In this document: positions 62,043 through 64,000 of the stretch, in pieces
How positions within the stretch are numbered: the first letter of the stretch is position 1
Layout of the letters: each line of letters starts with the position of its first letter
Source of the DNA: Carcharhinus amblyrhynchos
Lineage: Eukaryota
NCBI GenBank assembly: GCA_965287045.1
Contig: OZ336871.1
Span: 94,240,001 to 94,304,000, forward strand
Reading direction: 5' to 3'
DNA: 64,000 bases
Translations under genes and position numbers: made by a program
Notes under the pieces: model-generated
What the model saw: the letters and a program-made list of their open reading frames with translations, nothing else
Database searches by the model: none
Told to the model about the DNA's origin: nothing

Positions 62043-63089
62043 TAATGAAATCTTCCCTGTTTCCTGTTTATCAAAATCACACCTAAAGTCAAACATCTTA
62101 TCTTCACATGAATGAAAAATAGAAAATTGCTGCAGTCTAGCCTTACTTCACTGTATACCTTAGAGTTTCTGAACAGTTCCCTAACACATGGTTTCTATTG
62201 CCCCCAGATGAAATGACATTAAATATCTAACTCATCTTCTAAATCATTAAAAAGTTGCTCCTAAAAAAAAATTTGTGTCAGTTTATTTTACAACTGATGA
62301 GACAACTAAACTATGATTCTATATTTGTATTTTGTTGAATAGCATTAGTGCAATATATCACAGCATTTTTTCTATTTAGCTACATTACAAAAGACAACTA
62401 ATTGTGCCCTATAGGCTGCTGCCTTCCTGGAGACATCTCATTCATATCATGTAATGTATTGACCTTCACAAGAAATTCCCTGCTGAAAATCTTACAAGGG
62501 TAGTGCCTGGCCAACCAGTCAAAAAATTGTGAAATACTAGGAACATTATTTTATCATTCTCCCACACATTTATTTTTGATTATTGTAACTGAACCTAATC
62601 CCCACTTATTGGTAATAAAGCAGCAAATTGGAGAAGGGGAGTATTATGAATTGGACCCGAGTGAAATTACCTTGCAAACTAGAGCTGGTGTTTGCTTTAA
62701 ATAAGTAAGGGCAAATTTTACAAAGCATCTTCAATGTTAATAATTTGTATTCCTCATGCAATATGAAGTATTCAGCATCTGAATTGCAGTGCAAAATGAT
62801 AACCATGGCAGAAACAAGATGTTAATGGCCTCAATTTTGTAGTGGTAATGGTGGCAAAGCTGTCAATGTGTCATTACACTTCAGAGACTCACAGCAAGTT
62901 CTGGAGTGTGCACATGTGCAGAATAATGTTGAAAATTATGATGAAGTGGTGTCTTTCCTAAAGTGTTAAAGTAACAATTTCTCTTGCTGATAATTTTAGC
63001 GGTGCTGTGATAAAGCAATCACAAACTGGGGAATCCTGCTCCATACTTGCACTGAAATCTTTTGGAAATTATCAACTGGAGAAATTTTT

Positions 63090-63962
63090 ATTTCAGACAT
63101 CCTGGCAAGCCAGCATTTTTTGCCCATCTTTGATTACCCTTGGAGAAGATGAATGTGAGTCAGCCTCTTGAACTATGGTAGTCCATGGAGGTACATCCTC
63201 AGTGCTGTTAGGATGAAAGTTTCAGATTTTGATCCAGTGACAGTTATGGAATGATCATATAACTCCAGGTCAGGGTGGTGTATGTGTTGGAGGAAATCTT
63301 GCAGGTGATAGTTTGCCACGTGTCGCTGTCCTTGTCTTTCTAGGAAGACGAAGTCACAGATTTTAGTGATGCTGTTAAAAGAATTTTGATGTGCAGTATA
63401 TCTTGTAGACGATACACAATGTTGTCACTGTCCATGGGTGGTGGAGTGAGTGAATGTTCATTGTCAAGCCACTACAGTGTTCTTGCAGCCTTATTCGAGC
63501 ATTTAAGCAAGTGGGAAGTATTCAATCACACACTTAATGCGGGCTTTCTAGATGGCAGAGATGCTTGGTGAAGTAAGGGGATATAAATTCCCAGTCTCTA
63601 ATTTGCATTTGCTCTGAGGCCTTAATATTCAGATGGCTGGTCCAATTCAATTTCTGGTCAATGCTAACTGTAGGATGTTGCTGCTATGTGATTCAGCAAT
63701 AGTCATAATGTTGACTGCCAAGAGGAGATGATTGAAAATGGTTATTACCTGGCACTTGTGTGGCACAAATGTTACTTGTCACTTATCAACCCAAGCCTCA
63801 ATGTTGTCCTGGTCTTTTTGTACATGGACACGGACTTCATACCTGAGGAGCAGCTGTTAATGGTACTGAACACTGTACAATCATCAGTGAACATCTCTAC
63901 ATCTGACCTTATAATGGAGGGAAGATCATTGATGAAGCAGCTGAACGTAGCTCAGCCTAGGA
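63090..63962 (-). mobile_element. Degenerate CR1/L2-group LINE 3' part
   Basis: Homologous to 6205-6960 (ATCATCAGTGAACATC...TCTGACCTTATAATGGAGGGAAG...TTGATGAAGCAGCTGAA). Confidence 0.8.
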
Positions 63963-64000
63963 CTCTAGAATCATACAGGCCCATCAGGTCTGCACTGACA

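Overview
Eukaryotic, repeat-dense, apparently intergenic or intronic DNA. The repeat content (HE1-type V-SINEs, CR1/HER1-like LINEs, Rex1/Babar and L2 fragments, Harbinger MITEs, Gypsy relics) points to a cartilaginous fish, most likely a shark. No host protein-coding exon could be recognised. The only long ORF is an uninterrupted 919-aa CR1 ORF2 (APE endonuclease + RT) at 38797-41556 (-). The most interesting signal is three short, fold-back, Penelope-like insertions at 18166-18396, 33223-33502 and 60180-60686. Each is flanked by an approximately 13-bp target-site duplication and carries minimal type-I hammerhead ribozyme motifs in inverted copies. Stem II differs in sequence between copies but stays paired, and stem III is replaced by an AGCT palindrome. 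Older Penelope-like relics with GIY-YIG fragments carry degenerate hammerheads of a second type. Repeat family names come from recalled consensus motifs, not database searches, and boundaries of old repeats are approximate.
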